Shown here one piece after another: positions 10,431-22,562 of a stretch of DNA of 64,000 nucleotides. This DNA comes from Pelagomonas calceolata. Its lineage: Eukaryota. The notes below the pieces were generated by a model. The model saw only the letters and a program-made list of their open reading frames with translations. It had not been told where the DNA came from and made no database searches. How positions within the stretch are numbered: the stretch's first letter is position 1; each line of letters starts with the position of its first letter. The stretch lies in contig CAKKNE010000001.1 of NCBI GenBank assembly GCA_918797485.1, positions 124,001-188,000 of the forward strand, written 5' to 3'. Both the position numbers and the translations under genes were made by a program.

Positions 10431-10641
10431 TCATTGCGCAGCGTCCGGCTCCTAAAGAGGACCCAGCGTGGCCCTATCGTCGCTCAGCAGGAAGCTCGGA
10501 TAGCTTCCTTCTCGCGCCACAATCCTTGCGAGGGACGAGCAGCTGGGTGGTAAAAAGACCAAAAAAAGGCTGCCCCTGCCCGGCACCACTGCTCGCGAAT
10601 CGCACGAGTGGACGCAAGAAGCACTCCGACGAAGATAACTC

Positions 10642-11100
10642 ATGGCTACGGCTGCCGCTGCCGTCGCCACGCGGCTGGCATGTAATGGTATTGAGGACCA
10701 GATGACCAAGGACCTCGGCGACGACTGGCTCTGCAGCCCCCCGCCGCCACCGGGGCTCGCGACGCCTGACGAGAGCGCCCGCCCCCCCGAGGCTTCGACA
10801 GCGTGGTCCGACGAGGCCGAGGCCGTGCTGCGCACCGAGGTCGCGGCGCAGCGCCACAAGTTCGCGGACGTGCACTGGGGTCGCGCGGCGACGGCGGTCC
10901 GGCGCGCGACGGGCTACGTGCTGACCGCCCAGGAGGCGCGGGAGCGGTACGAGACCAGTGATAGGGAGGTGTCGCTGCTCGGCGCCGCGCGGTCGCGGCC
11001 GTTCTGGCGGCGGCGGCTTTCTCGGCGCGCCGTCGTCGCGACGCCGGTCGAAGAGGATGACAAGAGGCGTCTTTCCGGGGGTAGTAAGGGAAAAACGTAG
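10642..11100 (+). CDS. Hypothetical protein
   Basis: 152-aa ORF with typical GC3-rich codons, downstream of a promoter dyad. Confidence 0.5.
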   Translation: MATAAAAVATRLACNGIEDQMTKDLGDDWLCSPPPPPGLATPDESARPPEASTAWSDEAEAVLRTEVAAQRHKFADVHWGRAATAVRRATGYVLTAQEARERYETSDREVSLLGAARSRPFWRRRLSRRAVVATPVEEDDKRRLSGGSKGKT

Positions 11101-11106
11101 CACAGA

Positions 11107-11128
11107 GCTAGCATATCGACACACTAGC
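11107..11128. promoter_or_regulatory. CTAG-dyad intergenic motif (degenerate)
   Basis: GCTAGCATATCGACACACTAGC upstream of 11310. Confidence 0.5.
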
Positions 11129-11309
11129 GCTCTCCTTGGAGCAAAGCTCTTCAGGCCGCTGTGCTGCCTCACACGCACACAGCCGAGTTACGAATTACGT
11201 CGATAATTCATCACTTTTTATCGTACACCACGCCATAACAACTGCGAAGTCTTGGGCCGCGTAGGAGAGCTGTGCACAACAGAGACCCGAAGGCGCACTC
11301 CACCAAAGC

Positions 11310-14300
11310 ATGGACGTCCCGGACACGCCCACGGCCGCCGAGGTGCCGCTCAAGGACACGCCCACGGAAGTCGACGACGACGCCGCCTCGGATGCCAGTA
11401 GAGAGAGCTGGCCCGATGTGACGGCTTTGGCCGCCCTCCCGGGCACCGCGTTTAGTGGAGAGGTCCACGCGCGGCGCGATAACGCGCGCCTGGGCTGGCG
11501 CCGCTGCTCTGCGATTGTGACGCGGGGCGACGGCGCCGCGGAGGCCTGTTTGCAGCTGACGGAAAAGACGACATTGGTGAGAGAGCTCCAGCTGAGCAAT
11601 CTGTCCATCTCAATCGCGGAGAAGACCGGCGCCCTGGCGACGACGCCGCTCCAGGCCGCTCCCGGCGGGCGGCCCGCGTTTCGCATCCGCGTCGAGGCGA
11701 CGCCACCGCTAGATCTGGGCTTTTGCGGTCCCGCGGCGGCGGCGGCGTCTACCCGTGATAAGTGGCTCGCGGAGCTCGTGCTGGCGGGCTGTATAGCGCC
11801 TCCTCCTGTAGCGTGCGGCGCCCTCGCTATTAAACTGCGCGAGGGCGACACCGATCGAGCCGAGGCGCTGGCGGCCGTCGGCCGGGCGCTGATGACAGCG
11901 CGGCGCGTGCCCTTCCACGAGGACATGGTGACCCTCGCGCGCGGGCGGCGGCCCGCGCTCGTCTGGCTCCGGGAGGGCGCTCAAGCCGCGGCTCGAGCCT
12001 GCGCGGCCGACGATTCAAGGGTGGCGCGCGCGGCCTTTGGAGCCGCGGCGCACGTCGTCGACTTGATAGAGGAGGAGGTCGCGGCGGACTGCGCCGTCGC
12101 GCTCTGCGGCGGCGCGCGGCGCGCGAGCCGCCGCGACGACGGCGCCGCCGCGCGCGATGCGTGCGTCGCGCTCGAGGCAATTATATCGTCTCCAACATCG
12201 GTCGGCCGCGCCGCGCGCTGCGCCTGCGCGCGCGCCGCGCTTTGTTTGCCCTCGCTGGTTTATTAAACGAGGAACGTCCCCTACACCGGTCTGCAACATC
12301 TGGCAGCAACGCTCCACCGGAGGCGAAGTCTCGCACAACGAGGCGACGCAGCCTTCGCGCGCCTTTGTTGGACGCGCGTCACCCGGTTGCTGGAGGCGGG
12401 CGCCGAGGGCGCCGCGGCTTTGTGTGTTGCGTTAACACGGGCGTCGCGCAAGAAGGCGCGGACGGCGCTCGTCGACGACGCGTCGTTGGCGCCGGCGCTT
12501 GCGAAGGCGCTCCAAGGACAGGGGGATCACGTCCTGGCGGTCGTAGCACTTATCGGAGACGATGCGGCGCTGAGCGAGCCGCCGCTTTCATTAGAGACGG
12601 AAGGCGGTGGCGACGACGCGTCGTCCGACGACGACGCAGAACGAGCGGCGTGGTCGTCCGACGAGGGCGACACGCCTCCTCAAGTAGAGGGAGAGGCGTA
12701 CGCTGTTGTGTTTGAAGGAGGAGGAGCGAGGGGACTGGGTCTAGAATTGGCGGCGGGGCCCTGGTCTGACGGTGGTGTGGCGCCGTCCGTGCACCGCGCC
12801 AATAGTTTTACGCGGCGCCAAGGTGTTGAGAGAGGCGATTTGCTGGTCGAGGTGAACGGTAGAAGGGTCGAGTACTCAATAGAGAAGGACGCATCTTCTC
12901 AAATAGTGAGGGAGGCCATGGTCGCGGCGTGTGCGGCCGTCAGAGATGCGCCGTGGCCGAAGCGGTTGGTGTTTCTGAGGAGACGGGCGGTCGAAGCACC
13001 TTATAAGCGAGTATCAGCATCAGCTTCCGAGGCGAGACGTACATTGACGGAGGCCGGGGTCGGTGAAGCATGTGTGCGAAGATTGGAAGAAGAACAATCT
13101 AGGTTGAGTTGCGACGCGTGCGCGGCTTTAGCGAGGGAGCTGTCTCCTGATTTACGGGAGAGAGCTGTGTCAGTGGCGGCGCAGATGGACCATTTAGCAG
13201 CTGCTAGGCTGGTCGCGGCCTGCCTTCCGCATGATGCTGACCATGATGACGACGCCGGCGTGGCTGGCGCGTTCCCGACGGACGACGAGCACTTTTTTTG
13301 GGGCGATGTTATACAGAGAAGGAACGCATCTTCCCTCAATGTTATGTTAGAAGAAGGACCGTTGGGATGCGTCGTGGAGGTGCACCGGTGCGATCAGGGG
13401 GTGAGGTGCTGCCGCGTCGCCTCGGTCAAAGAGGGGTCCCGCGCGGCACATGCGGGCGTGCTGGTGAATGATGTTGTGGAGGCCGCGAACGGCTACGCCC
13501 CGCCTTTTGAGAGTGACGAGGAGGATGCCCTATCGACCTTCTTCGCGGGCCTGGGCTTTCCGCTCCGGCTGTCGTTGCGGCGCCGTTCCGAGAATTGCGA
13601 CGAAGCTCCTCCAAAAAGGGAAGAAGAAGGCGACGCTCTGGAACTACCAGAACCCTTCCTCAAGAAATGTATAGCGGAGCTCCTCTATACCAGTGAAGGC
13701 GCCGCCGTCGCGTGTAAAATTATTGAAAGGGCAGAACCGCGAGAAATCATCTACCAGAGGTGCATGGACGTGCGCACGGCGACGGCCCACGCCGTCGCCG
13801 TCGAGCCGGGCCGCGTCCAGTCATTAGCTTCGTGGACGCCCGACGACGAGGACCCCACGGTCTCGCGGGACGAGGCGGCGTCGCGCGTCCCGCTCGCCGA
13901 CGCCGAGGAATCAGAAGACATACCTCTCGTGCGGGACGCGCCGCGCGTCCTCTCCGCGTCGACCCAGCCGTCGTACGTCGACGGCGGTACTATGATAGAT
14001 GAGGAGGAATCTGTGGTTGTCCCGGGGTCGGCCTTGTCTCGATTGCTCGAGCTGGCGACGGGCGACGACCTGGCGTTCGGTGCCGGCGAGGCCGCGGCGC
14101 GGCGAGACACCGAGGACCAGTTCGTGCGTATTGCTGCGCTGCGGGCGCTTGCGGCCTTGTGCCGCGGGAACGCCCGCATTGCAGAGGCCACGGTCGTCGA
14201 GGGGTCCCTGCCGCGCGTCGTCGCGTTGGTGGGCGGCGCGCGGGGCGGCGCCGTCGCGGCGGCGGCGTGCGGGTGCCTGGCCGCGGTCGCGGGAGCGTAT

Positions 14301-17300
14301 CACGAGTGGAGCCCGTCGGGAGCCTGCGCGTCCTTAAAATGGCTCCTGCGGCCCGTCGCGCCGCGGACGCGGAAGCGGAGGGTTATTGAAGATGCGGCGC
14401 CGGGCGCCGTGGGCCCGCCGCCCATGTCTTCGTCTCAGTCACTCGTCGGCGCGTGGTCCGTCGACGCGCGGCGCTGCAAGGAGGCGGCCCTCGCATTACT
14501 ACACGTCGTCGCGCGCCGGTCGGAAACCGACGCGCACGACGCGCACCTCTCGGGCGCGCTGGACGCGGCCTGCGGAACATTTCTGGGCACGGAACATACT
14601 GAGAACGTGTTGTTGATGTGCGCAAGCGTCTCTACGAACTTGATCGGCCCGGAGTGCCTCGCTAGCATCGCCTCCGTTCTCGACCCGAATCTCCCGGGAG
14701 GCAGCGCCTGGGGGGACCGCGAGGTCGCGCGCCTGGGGGGCGACGTGCTCAAGCTCGTCGCGTCGGGCGGGGGGGCGGCGCGCCTCGCGGCGGCGCCCGG
14801 CGCCGTCGCGGCACTCGTGCGCCACGCATCCGTGCACCCGGCCTGGGATTCGATCCGCGCCGTCGCGGAGTTGGCGGAGGCGGAGCCGCTCGCCGTGGCG
14901 GCGACGGGCAGCCTGCTGGGGGCCGCGATCGCCGCGGCCTTTGAGCTGAACGCGGCCGACGACGCGCTGCTGGCCTTCGAGCGGTGCCGCGCCGCTTCTG
15001 GCCCTCGGGCGGCCGACGAGGTCGTGGAGGCGGCCGCGGCCGCGGCGGAAGGCGCGCCGGCGGCGCTCGCCCGGCGCTGCGCTTCTGGCGACGACGCCGC
15101 GTACATCCTGGCCGAGGCCGCGGCCGAAGCCGACGGCTGCGACGCGTTCTGGACCGCCTGCGCAGAGGACCCGCGCGCGCTGGCCCCGCTCGTCATGGGT
15201 GACCGGACGTCGGCGTGCGTCGCGCGCGCGTCGCGGGCCATCGTCGCCGGCCTAGAAAAGGACGCGTTCGCCGAGGCGTGCCGCGCCTTTCCGTTCGAGG
15301 CCGTCGCCGCCGCGGCGCGGGCGCTCGCGGAGGCGGCCGGCCCCGACGCCGTCGCGGCGCTCGCGGCGCTGGACGCGCGCGGTTTGCTCACGGATCTGGG
15401 CCCCGTACTCGCGCGGTCGCGGTGCCGCGCGCTCACGTCATCAGACGAATCGACGCGGGCGGCGGGCGTCCGCGCGTGCGGCGACGACGTGATCGCGCGG
15501 GCCGCGGCCACGGCGGCGGGGGCCTGCCACGCCGAAGCGCTGGACCGGGCCGCGGCGCACGCGCAGCGACCGAGCGTCTCCAAGGAGGCGGCGGCCCTCT
15601 GCGCGCTCGAAGCCATCTTGACCTTCGGTACAAGTGCGCGCCGGACCGTTACGACGGACGTGGACGCCGCTCTAGAAGCGCGCCTCGGCGACGAGAGTGA
15701 CGCGGCGCTCGGGTGCTTTGCGCTGCTGGCGGCGGCGCGGCGCGCGCGGGCGCGTTTATTCAAGGGCGGCGGTCGTGGACGAAGTTGTGAGGCGGTTGGA
15801 GGACGACCGGTCGCTGGCGCGGCGGCGCGGTGCGCGGCGGCGCTGGCGTTCTGCGCGGCGCCGGGCGACGCGCTCGGCCCCGCCGTCGCGGCGGCGCTCG
15901 TCGCCGTCACGCTGCCCGCGAGCCCGCCGCTGGTCCAGGACGACGTCTCCGTCTCCTTAGACGAGCTGCCGCCGCACCTGGCGCAGGTCATCGGCAAGAA
16001 GGTGGTCATTCCCATGCAGCAGGGTGGCGGCTACGGCGTCGTCGCGTGCATCCAGGACGGCATCTGCGAGGTGGCGGTCCAAGGGAGCGACCCGGAGGAG
16101 TTCGTCACGTCGTACATCGACGAGCTCGTCATGGCCGACGGCACGAAGTTGTACGTGCCGCCGGCCGCGGAATCCGGCGCGTCCAGCGAGTCCGAGGCCG
16201 AGGCCGAGGCCGCCGATCCGCCCGCCGCCGAAGCGCGCGAGTCGAGCGACGACGAGGCGCCGCCGCCTCCAGCCGAGGAGGCGGGCGAGCTGGACGAAGA
16301 TAGCATCGAGCGTCTCACGCACCTCTGCGAGGCGGCCTACCGCATGGCCGCGCGCGGCGCGCTCGTCGCGTCGCCGGAGTTGGTCCGTCGGCTCGCGCGC
16401 CTCGTGCGCCTCTACAAGGACGAGGCGCATTGCGTCGGTGAGGGGGCCGCGGCGCGCGCGCTCGCCCAGGTCGTCGACGCCCAGACGATCAGCGACGAGG
16501 GCTTGCTGGGCACGATCCTGGACGAGGCCGTCCTGCCGCACCTGGCGCGGCCCTGCGCGGCCGTCGTGCTCGCCGCGCTCGCGCGCGCGGCCGTCGCAAG
16601 CGACAACAGGGCGGCGCTGCGCCCGGCGCTCGCGGGGCGCCTCATTCCACTGGAGGATGCCGCGCCGACGTGCGACCCCATCCGCGTCCTGCTGGAGACC
16701 GCCTCCACCATCGGCTTTCGCCCGGGCTACTTCGACGCGCCCCCGGAGGCGCCGGCGGCGCCCCAGCGAGCGGCGCTGTTGACGTGGCTGCACGAGCACG
16801 TGTCGGACGAGGCGCGGCGGGTGTTCGTGCTGCGGGCGTGCGACGGCCTCGACGACCTGGCGGCGACACCCGACGCGGAGGACGTCCTGTCGCTGGACAC
16901 GTGGCCGGCGCTGGCGCGCGCGCGCTTCCTACGGGCGCTCGCGGCGCTGCGGGGCGAGGCGCCGGCGGACGAGGAGGACGAGGCGGAGCCGCCGGAAGTG
17001 GAGCTCGAAGTGGACTCGGACGCGGAGGAGGAGGCCGGCGACGCGGAGGAGGAGGAGGACGACGAGGAGGACGACGAGGAAGAGGACGAGGCCCTCGCGG
17101 CGGCGCTGGCCGCGTCGCGGCGGTCGCTCGCGGAGGAGGACCAGCGGCGCTTGCGGGCGGTCGCCGCGGCGTCGCTGGGCGCCGTCGAGGCGACGCCCGT
17201 GCCCGACGGCGTGCCCGACGGCTACGACGCGGCGGCGGCCGTCGAGGCGCTCTCCGTGGGACCGCTGCCCGAGCTGCCGCGGTCGTCGTCGCTCCAGCGC

Positions 17301-18944
17301 GTCGCCGCGTCGGACGCGCTCGACGAGGCGTCGGTCCCGCCCGCGCCCGCGGTCCCGGAGGACGAGCCTACGTCCGCCGATGCCGCGCGACGCCAATTGG
17401 AGGCTGATGCTGCCGATGCACTGGCGGGTCTGGAGGCTGAGGCGAATCCCACAGAAACGCCCGCGCCCGAAGCAACGGCGCCCGAGCCACCGACGCCCGA
17501 GCCCGCGCCCGAGCCAGAGCCGGCGGCCGAGCCCGCGCCGGCGCCGGCGCCTCCCGTGGAGCTGACCGAGGCGGCCCTCGAGGCCGCGCTGCAGCGCCGC
17601 CGCGCGGCCCGCGCGGCCGCGGCCGCGGCCGCCGCGGCCGCCGCGCCGGCGCCCGCGGCCCCGGCGCCGGCGCCGCAGGCGCCGTCGCCCGCGCCGTCGA
17701 GCCGCCGGAGCACGCTCGACTCCGAGTTCGGCGAGGACCTGCAGGCGGAGCTGCGCCAGCTCGAGCTCGAGATGGCCGGCGGCGGGGCCACCGAGGCGCC
17801 GCCCGCGGCCGCGCCCGCGCCGCCCGCGCCGCCAGAGCCAGTACCTACGCCGCCGCCGGAGCCAGCACCTACGCCACCGCCGCAAGCGCCACCGCCGCCG
17901 GCCTCCGCGCCGCCGCCCGCGGAATCGACGCCGCCACTACCGGCCGCGCCGGAGCCCGAGGAGTCAGAGCCGGAGTACGCGTCCGACGCGTCGAGCGAGT
18001 TCTCCCAGGAGCCGCTGCCGGCGGCCACGGCCCCGCCCGCCTACGACGAGGCCGCGCTGCCGCCGCCGCCGGCGTACTTTACGCTGGCGCCGCCGCCGCA
18101 GTCGCCCGCGGCCGAGGCGGACGAAGCCGCGCCCAACCCCTTCGAAGGCGACTCCGACTCGAGCTCCGAGTGGTCGCAGGAGCCGCTCCCAGTCGATGAG
18201 GCGGCGACCGTGGAGGAGCCCGCGTTACCGCCGCCGCCGGCCTACTTCGCGCTGGCGGCGCCGCAGCCGGCGCCCGCGCCACCCAGCTACTCTGCGCTCG
18301 CCCCGCCGCTGGAGCCCGTCGCCGAGGCGCCCGAGGAGCCGCGGGAAGAAGAGGACGACGCCGCGTACGAGTCCGAGGCCTCGTCGGTCTGGAGCCAGGA
18401 GCCCGGCGGCCCGGACCACGCCGTCGAGGAGCCCGCGTTACCGCCGCCGCCGGCCTGGGACTCGCTCATGCGGCCCCCCGAGCATGTGCCGTCGCGACCG
18501 AACCCCGAGTCGGAGCGCGAGCGGGCGCCGCCGGCGCCACCAAACTACTCGTCGCTGCCGGTCTCGCCCGCGCCGCCCGCAACGCCAGTGCCACCCGCCG
18601 CGCCGCCCGTGCCGCCCGTGCCGCCGCTGCCACAACTGGCGCCGAACCCGTTCGACGACGCGCCGGAGGAGGAGGACGCCGACCTGGCGCGGGCGCTGGC
18701 CGCGTCGCGCGCCGACATGAGCGCCGACATGTCGCGCGACGAGGCGCTCGCGCGCGCCCTGGCGCAGGACGACGCTCCGCCTCCGGCTGCGCCGGAGGAC
18801 GCGGCCCTGGCCCAGCAGCTGGCCGACGAGGCCCTCGCGCGCCAGCTCGCGGATCAATTCGCGGCCGAGGAGGCGGCGTCGAGCCCAGCGCCGGCGTCGC
18901 CGGCGCCGCGCGCGCGGAAGAAGAATGCGATTCGGTTGTTTTAA
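11310..18944 (+). CDS. Very large (~2500 aa) scaffold protein: two PDZ-like domains, ARM-like Ala-rich helices, SAM-like segment, Pro-rich tail with PPxY/NPF motifs and UIM-like helices; two probable frameshifts at ~12240 and ~12375
   Basis: GLGLEL...RGDLLVEVNG and GPLGCVV...GSRAAHAGVLVNDVVEAANG (PDZ-like); EEDEALAAALAAS and EEDADLARALAAS (UIM-like); the 11310 and 12387 ORFs are bridged by a third frame. Confidence 0.65.
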
Positions 18945-19600
18945 GAAGATCTTTGTGTGCCTCTTCTTTGACTATCGTCAAGCTGTTACGGCGCGTAACC
19001 TCGCGCGAGGACGTAGCCAATATTTTTTGCAGCGCATCGCGTGGAGTTCTCCCATGTTCATCCCAGGGCAGTCTCCGGTTCACGACCACACCTTTCCAAC
19101 TCGCTTCCTTGCTCGCAAGCGTGCACAAACCTGACAATATCGTCAACTCCTAGCGCGCACGGCCGAGTCCCCTCGCCTTTCCCTCGCCTCCGCGCCGCGA
19201 CCGACCACTGTCCGCGCGAATCTGCGGCCGCGCGCCGCGCCCCGAGGCCCAAAATAGGTGTTGCACTATTGATCAAAGGAATGCCCGCGGCGCGGCGGCG
19301 CCTTGGGCGCCAAAGGCGGCCCCCGGAGCCCCGCGCGGCCCTGGAAGCGAAACCGGGCCTGGAATCCTTGAGATCGTCGCGCGCGCGGCCGCCGCGCGCG
19401 CGGGCGCCGGGCGGCGCGGCCTGGCGGCCCGCGCGCCGGCAAGACCCCGGCCGCCAGCCGGCCCGCGCGACGGCCGCGCCCGCGCCCGCGACCCGCGCTC
19501 GGGCCCGTTCCGGCCGCGCGCCCGCGCGCACGCGCGAGACGCCGCCTCGGCCGCCGCGCGCGCCCCGGAAGTCGTCCACCCCGGATCCGCCTCGCAGGCC

Positions 19601-19936
19601 ATGGCCGACGAAGAAGCCCCCATCCTCAACAAGCCCGCGCCGGCCAAGTCCTCGTCCGCCTGGCGCCTCGCGGTCGTCGTCGCCGCCGTTCTCGGCCTCG
19701 TCGCGGGCTACGTCGTGCGGGGCGCGGTCATGAACGAGACGACTCCCCTCGAGTTACGCTCGGGTGGCCACCCGGCTAGCGGCTCCGGCTCCGGCTCCGG
19801 CGAAGAGGTTATGTATTTCTTCGCTTCTGGTGCTGATCCCAAGTATTCGGCTCACGGCCACGGCCATAAGGTTGACACTGAGCCGGAGGACGGAACTGAA
19901 TATACTTTCGGTCATCATTTCGCTGCGGATCAGTGA
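19601..19936 (+). CDS. Small single-TM protein
   Basis: MADEEAPILNK...LAVVVAAVLGLVAGYVV; good start context (GCCATGG). Confidence 0.5.
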   Translation: MADEEAPILNKPAPAKSSSAWRLAVVVAAVLGLVAGYVVRGAVMNETTPLELRSGGHPASGSGSGSGEEVMYFFASGADPKYSAHGHGHKVDTEPEDGTEYTFGHHFAADQ

Positions 19937-20222
19937 GGTCGAGGCGGACTACGCGCTCATCAACCGACGACGCCGCGGACGAACGGCGTCGATCCCGGGC
20001 ATCGACGACGAGCTCGGCCCCCTCCTATATATCTGGCGGACGCGCGGCAGTTGCCTGGTCGCCGCGACGCCATCCCCTTCCATCCCTTGCAGCGGCTGGG
20101 CGTGAACAATGACGTGCTGCAATCCCCCGTGAGTAACAGACCTGAACATAACACCGCCCTCTGCTTTTGCGGCTTCAGCTTGTGATCGGGCGAAGTTAGA
20201 GGAGGTCAGATGCACATTATTC

Positions 20223-21356
20223 TTACACATCCGAGGCCGTCGGAGCGTCGTCTTCCGCCGGTCGGCTCCTCCTCGCGCGCGCCGGGATCCACCGGCTCGC
20301 TCTGATCCACCGTTTCGCCTCGTAGTCGTAGAAGGCGGGCCGTAGGTCCTGGCGCCAGCGCTCGTCCCACGCGCGCGCCGCCGCCATCGTCGCGTCGAGC
20401 GTCCGGAGGCCGAAGCGCGGGCCGGGCATGCAGACGACAATTAGGTGCGCGAGGTGCGTCGTGATCCGGAACGGCAGGCACCGCTCCTCCGCGTCCGCCC
20501 ATGCGCTATCGGCGACGAGCGCCGCGGCGAAGGCGTCGACGTCGAAGCGGCCCTTCGTCGGCAGCCGCAGCGCCACGGCAGACGCGCGCCGGCGGAGCCT
20601 CAAGACCACGTCGACGAGGGGAACGTCGCCGAGCGCGTCGCAGGCCGACCCTTCCGCCTCCACGTAGTCCGGACCTCCCCACGGCACGTCAAGAAAAACG
20701 ATGTCCTGGCGCAGCGTGTCATAGAGCGCGTTGTAGTCACCGTGGTGGACCGTCACGTCCGCGCCGCACAGCACAACGTTCTTGCGGAGCGCCGCGCAGC
20801 GGCCCGCGTCGAGCTCCACGGCGTCGACGGCTCTGAAATGCCTCGCCAGGACCACGGCGCACGCGCCGGTGCAGGCGCACGCGTCCGTTATGGCGAGCGT
20901 TGCCAGGTCCTCCCCTGCGTAGACGACCGCCAGGAAGGACGCCAGCAGCGCCGTGGTGTGCTCATCCATGGCGGAGTACGCGGCTGTCGAGTCGAGTTCG
21001 AAGCTTTCCCGCAGGCCGCGGTCAAGGAACGGGAAGATATTGTCGCGCCGCCCGAGCCCGCGCGACGCGCGCAGCGACACCCCCTTCACGACCGCGCCGT
21101 CCAGCGCGGCGACCGCCGCGGCCGCGCGCGCCTCGTCGCCCGCCGTGATTTTCGCCCAGCCCCGCCACCGCCCCTTGGCCGTCACCGCGAGCACGAGTTT
21201 GACCGGAGCGCCCGCGGGCAGCGCCGCCCGAATCAGAGCCTTCACCTCGCGCGTCGGGAGGTCCGAGAAGAGGAAGCGGTCCGGGGTGGGCGAGGCCGCG
21301 ACGTGCACGCCGTGTTTTCCTTTTGGCCTCTTGCCCTCGGCGGCGGCGGTCGGCAT
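20223..21356 (-). CDS. RRM + RNA cap guanine-N2 methyltransferase (Tgs/TGS1 family)
   Basis: RRM-like LFLSDLP...KGRWRGWAKIT...ALDGAVVKG, SAM motif ITDACACTG...AVELD, and DIVFLDVPWGGPDY matching the Tgs PPWGGPDY signature. Confidence 0.72.
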   Translation of the reverse strand: MPTAAAEGKRPKGKHGVHVAASPTPDRFLFSDLPTREVKALIRAALPAGAPVKLVLAVTAKGRWRGWAKITAGDEARAAAAVAALDGAVVKGVSLRASRGLGRRDNIFPFLDRGLRESFELDSTAAYSAMDEHTTALLASFLAVVYAGEDLATLAITDACACTGACAVVLARHFRAVDAVELDAGRCAALRKNVVLCGADVTVHHGDYNALYDTLRQDIVFLDVPWGGPDYVEAEGSACDALGDVPLVDVVLRLRRRASAVALRLPTKGRFDVDAFAAALVADSAWADAEERCLPFRITTHLAHLIVVCMPGPRFGLRTLDATMAAARAWDERWRQDLRPAFYDYEAKRWIRASRWIPARARRSRPAEDDAPTASDV

Positions 21357-21548
21357 TGTTCCGTCCGCGCTGCTTTTGTCACCAGGTGGCTGCAAGAGAG
21401 TGGAGTGCACGCTAGCCAACCGCTGCAAGAACGTGCACAGCTGGCGTGCAGTCGACCGTATTGAATTATTATGACAGTTGCAACGTTACGAGGTCTTCAA
21501 CTGGTCAAACAAGGCCTTCAACTGCTCTCAAAAGAGGAGAGAGCGTGG

Positions 21549-21570
21549 GCTAGCGGTGTAAGACACTAGC
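21549..21570. promoter_or_regulatory. CTAG-dyad intergenic motif
   Basis: GCTAGCGGTGTAAGACACTAGC between divergent genes. Confidence 0.65.
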
Positions 21571-21702
21571 AAGTTTTTTTTTGGGAGTCTGAGGCCAAGT
21601 AGCGGGCGTGCCTGATTGCTACCAGTGCGGTCCGTCTTCCACGGCCGCGCGGCCTCGCGAGAGACAAGGTTTGAAAATTTTAGAGTGACCCAGCAATCGA
21701 TT

Positions 21703-22218
21703 ATGGTGAAGACAGAGGCCACCAGCAAACGCAAAGCGGAGGACGAGGAGGCCAAGCCGACCCTCGTGAAGGTCGCCGGTTGCCCTTCGACGTCGGTGCT
21801 GGGCCTGACGGCGGCGACGGGGTGGGGAGGCGTCTGCTACGTTCCGTTTTCAACGCCCGCGCACGCGGCCGCGGCGGTCGAGCGCATCAATCGCGAGGTC
21901 GCCGGAGCGGTCGCCTCGGTCGTGGACGAGGCGCCGCCGGGCGTCGACATGGCCGCGCCGAGCAAAAAGCCCCGCGGCGGGCCGGCCTCACTTCTCCTCA
22001 AAGGCATCCCGTCGTCCTGGGATTGGAAGTACGTGAAGGACCTCTGCCACAACAAGGACCCCACCGTCTATCTCCCCGGACGGACGCCGGCGCCGCGGCG
22101 CGGGCGCGTCACTGTAGAATTCGCCACGATCGAGCAAGCGGAAGCCGCGGCGGCCCGGATCAATGGCGATCTTCCCTCCGTCGTCCCGACCGCCGGCATC
22201 ACTGCAGAGATTGTGTAA
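21703..22218 (+). CDS. Protein with two degenerate RRM-like units
   Basis: CYVPFSTPAHAAAAVERIN and VTVEFATIEQAEAAAARING (RNP1+helix pattern). Confidence 0.55.
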   Translation: MVKTEATSKRKAEDEEAKPTLVKVAGCPSTSVLGLTAATGWGGVCYVPFSTPAHAAAAVERINREVAGAVASVVDEAPPGVDMAAPSKKPRGGPASLLLKGIPSSWDWKYVKDLCHNKDPTVYLPGRTPAPRRGRVTVEFATIEQAEAAAARINGDLPSVVPTAGITAEIV

Positions 22219-22562
22219 GAAGAGTAGTGACTGGTTTGCGCGCCGCGCCTTGCGGGTTTTCTTCCCGCCCTCACCAGCGCGCCCAGCCGTGGGCCGCCGC
22301 GAGACATGGATCTTCGGAACCCTCGAAAGGATCCTTTGCCTTTGCTCGAGAGTTAATTCTCATCATGGCCGCCAGCGCCGGCGCTGAGCCTACGGCGCTG
22401 AGCCTATTCACGAGCGACGCGCGGGCAGATTCAGGACGCCCGACGCCCGTCCTGACGCCCGTCGACGCGTGCAACAATTTAAAGCGAGCGCTCGGGGGCT
22501 GCCCCTCACAAACCCATCGGTAGCTGCCCCAGTTGCTGCCCCTCACACACGGCAACAACCCG

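Noticed and set aside
12387..18944. Many long overlapping antisense and alternate-frame ORFs (Arg/Ala/Gly-rich)
   Set aside because: Expected shadow ORFs in very GC-rich DNA with few stop codons; no recognisable motifs.
19150..19600. Extremely GC-rich stretch as a structured ncRNA
   Set aside because: No recognisable RNA family features; more likely a 5' UTR or UTR intron (it ends ...CCTCGCAG just before the ATG at 19601).
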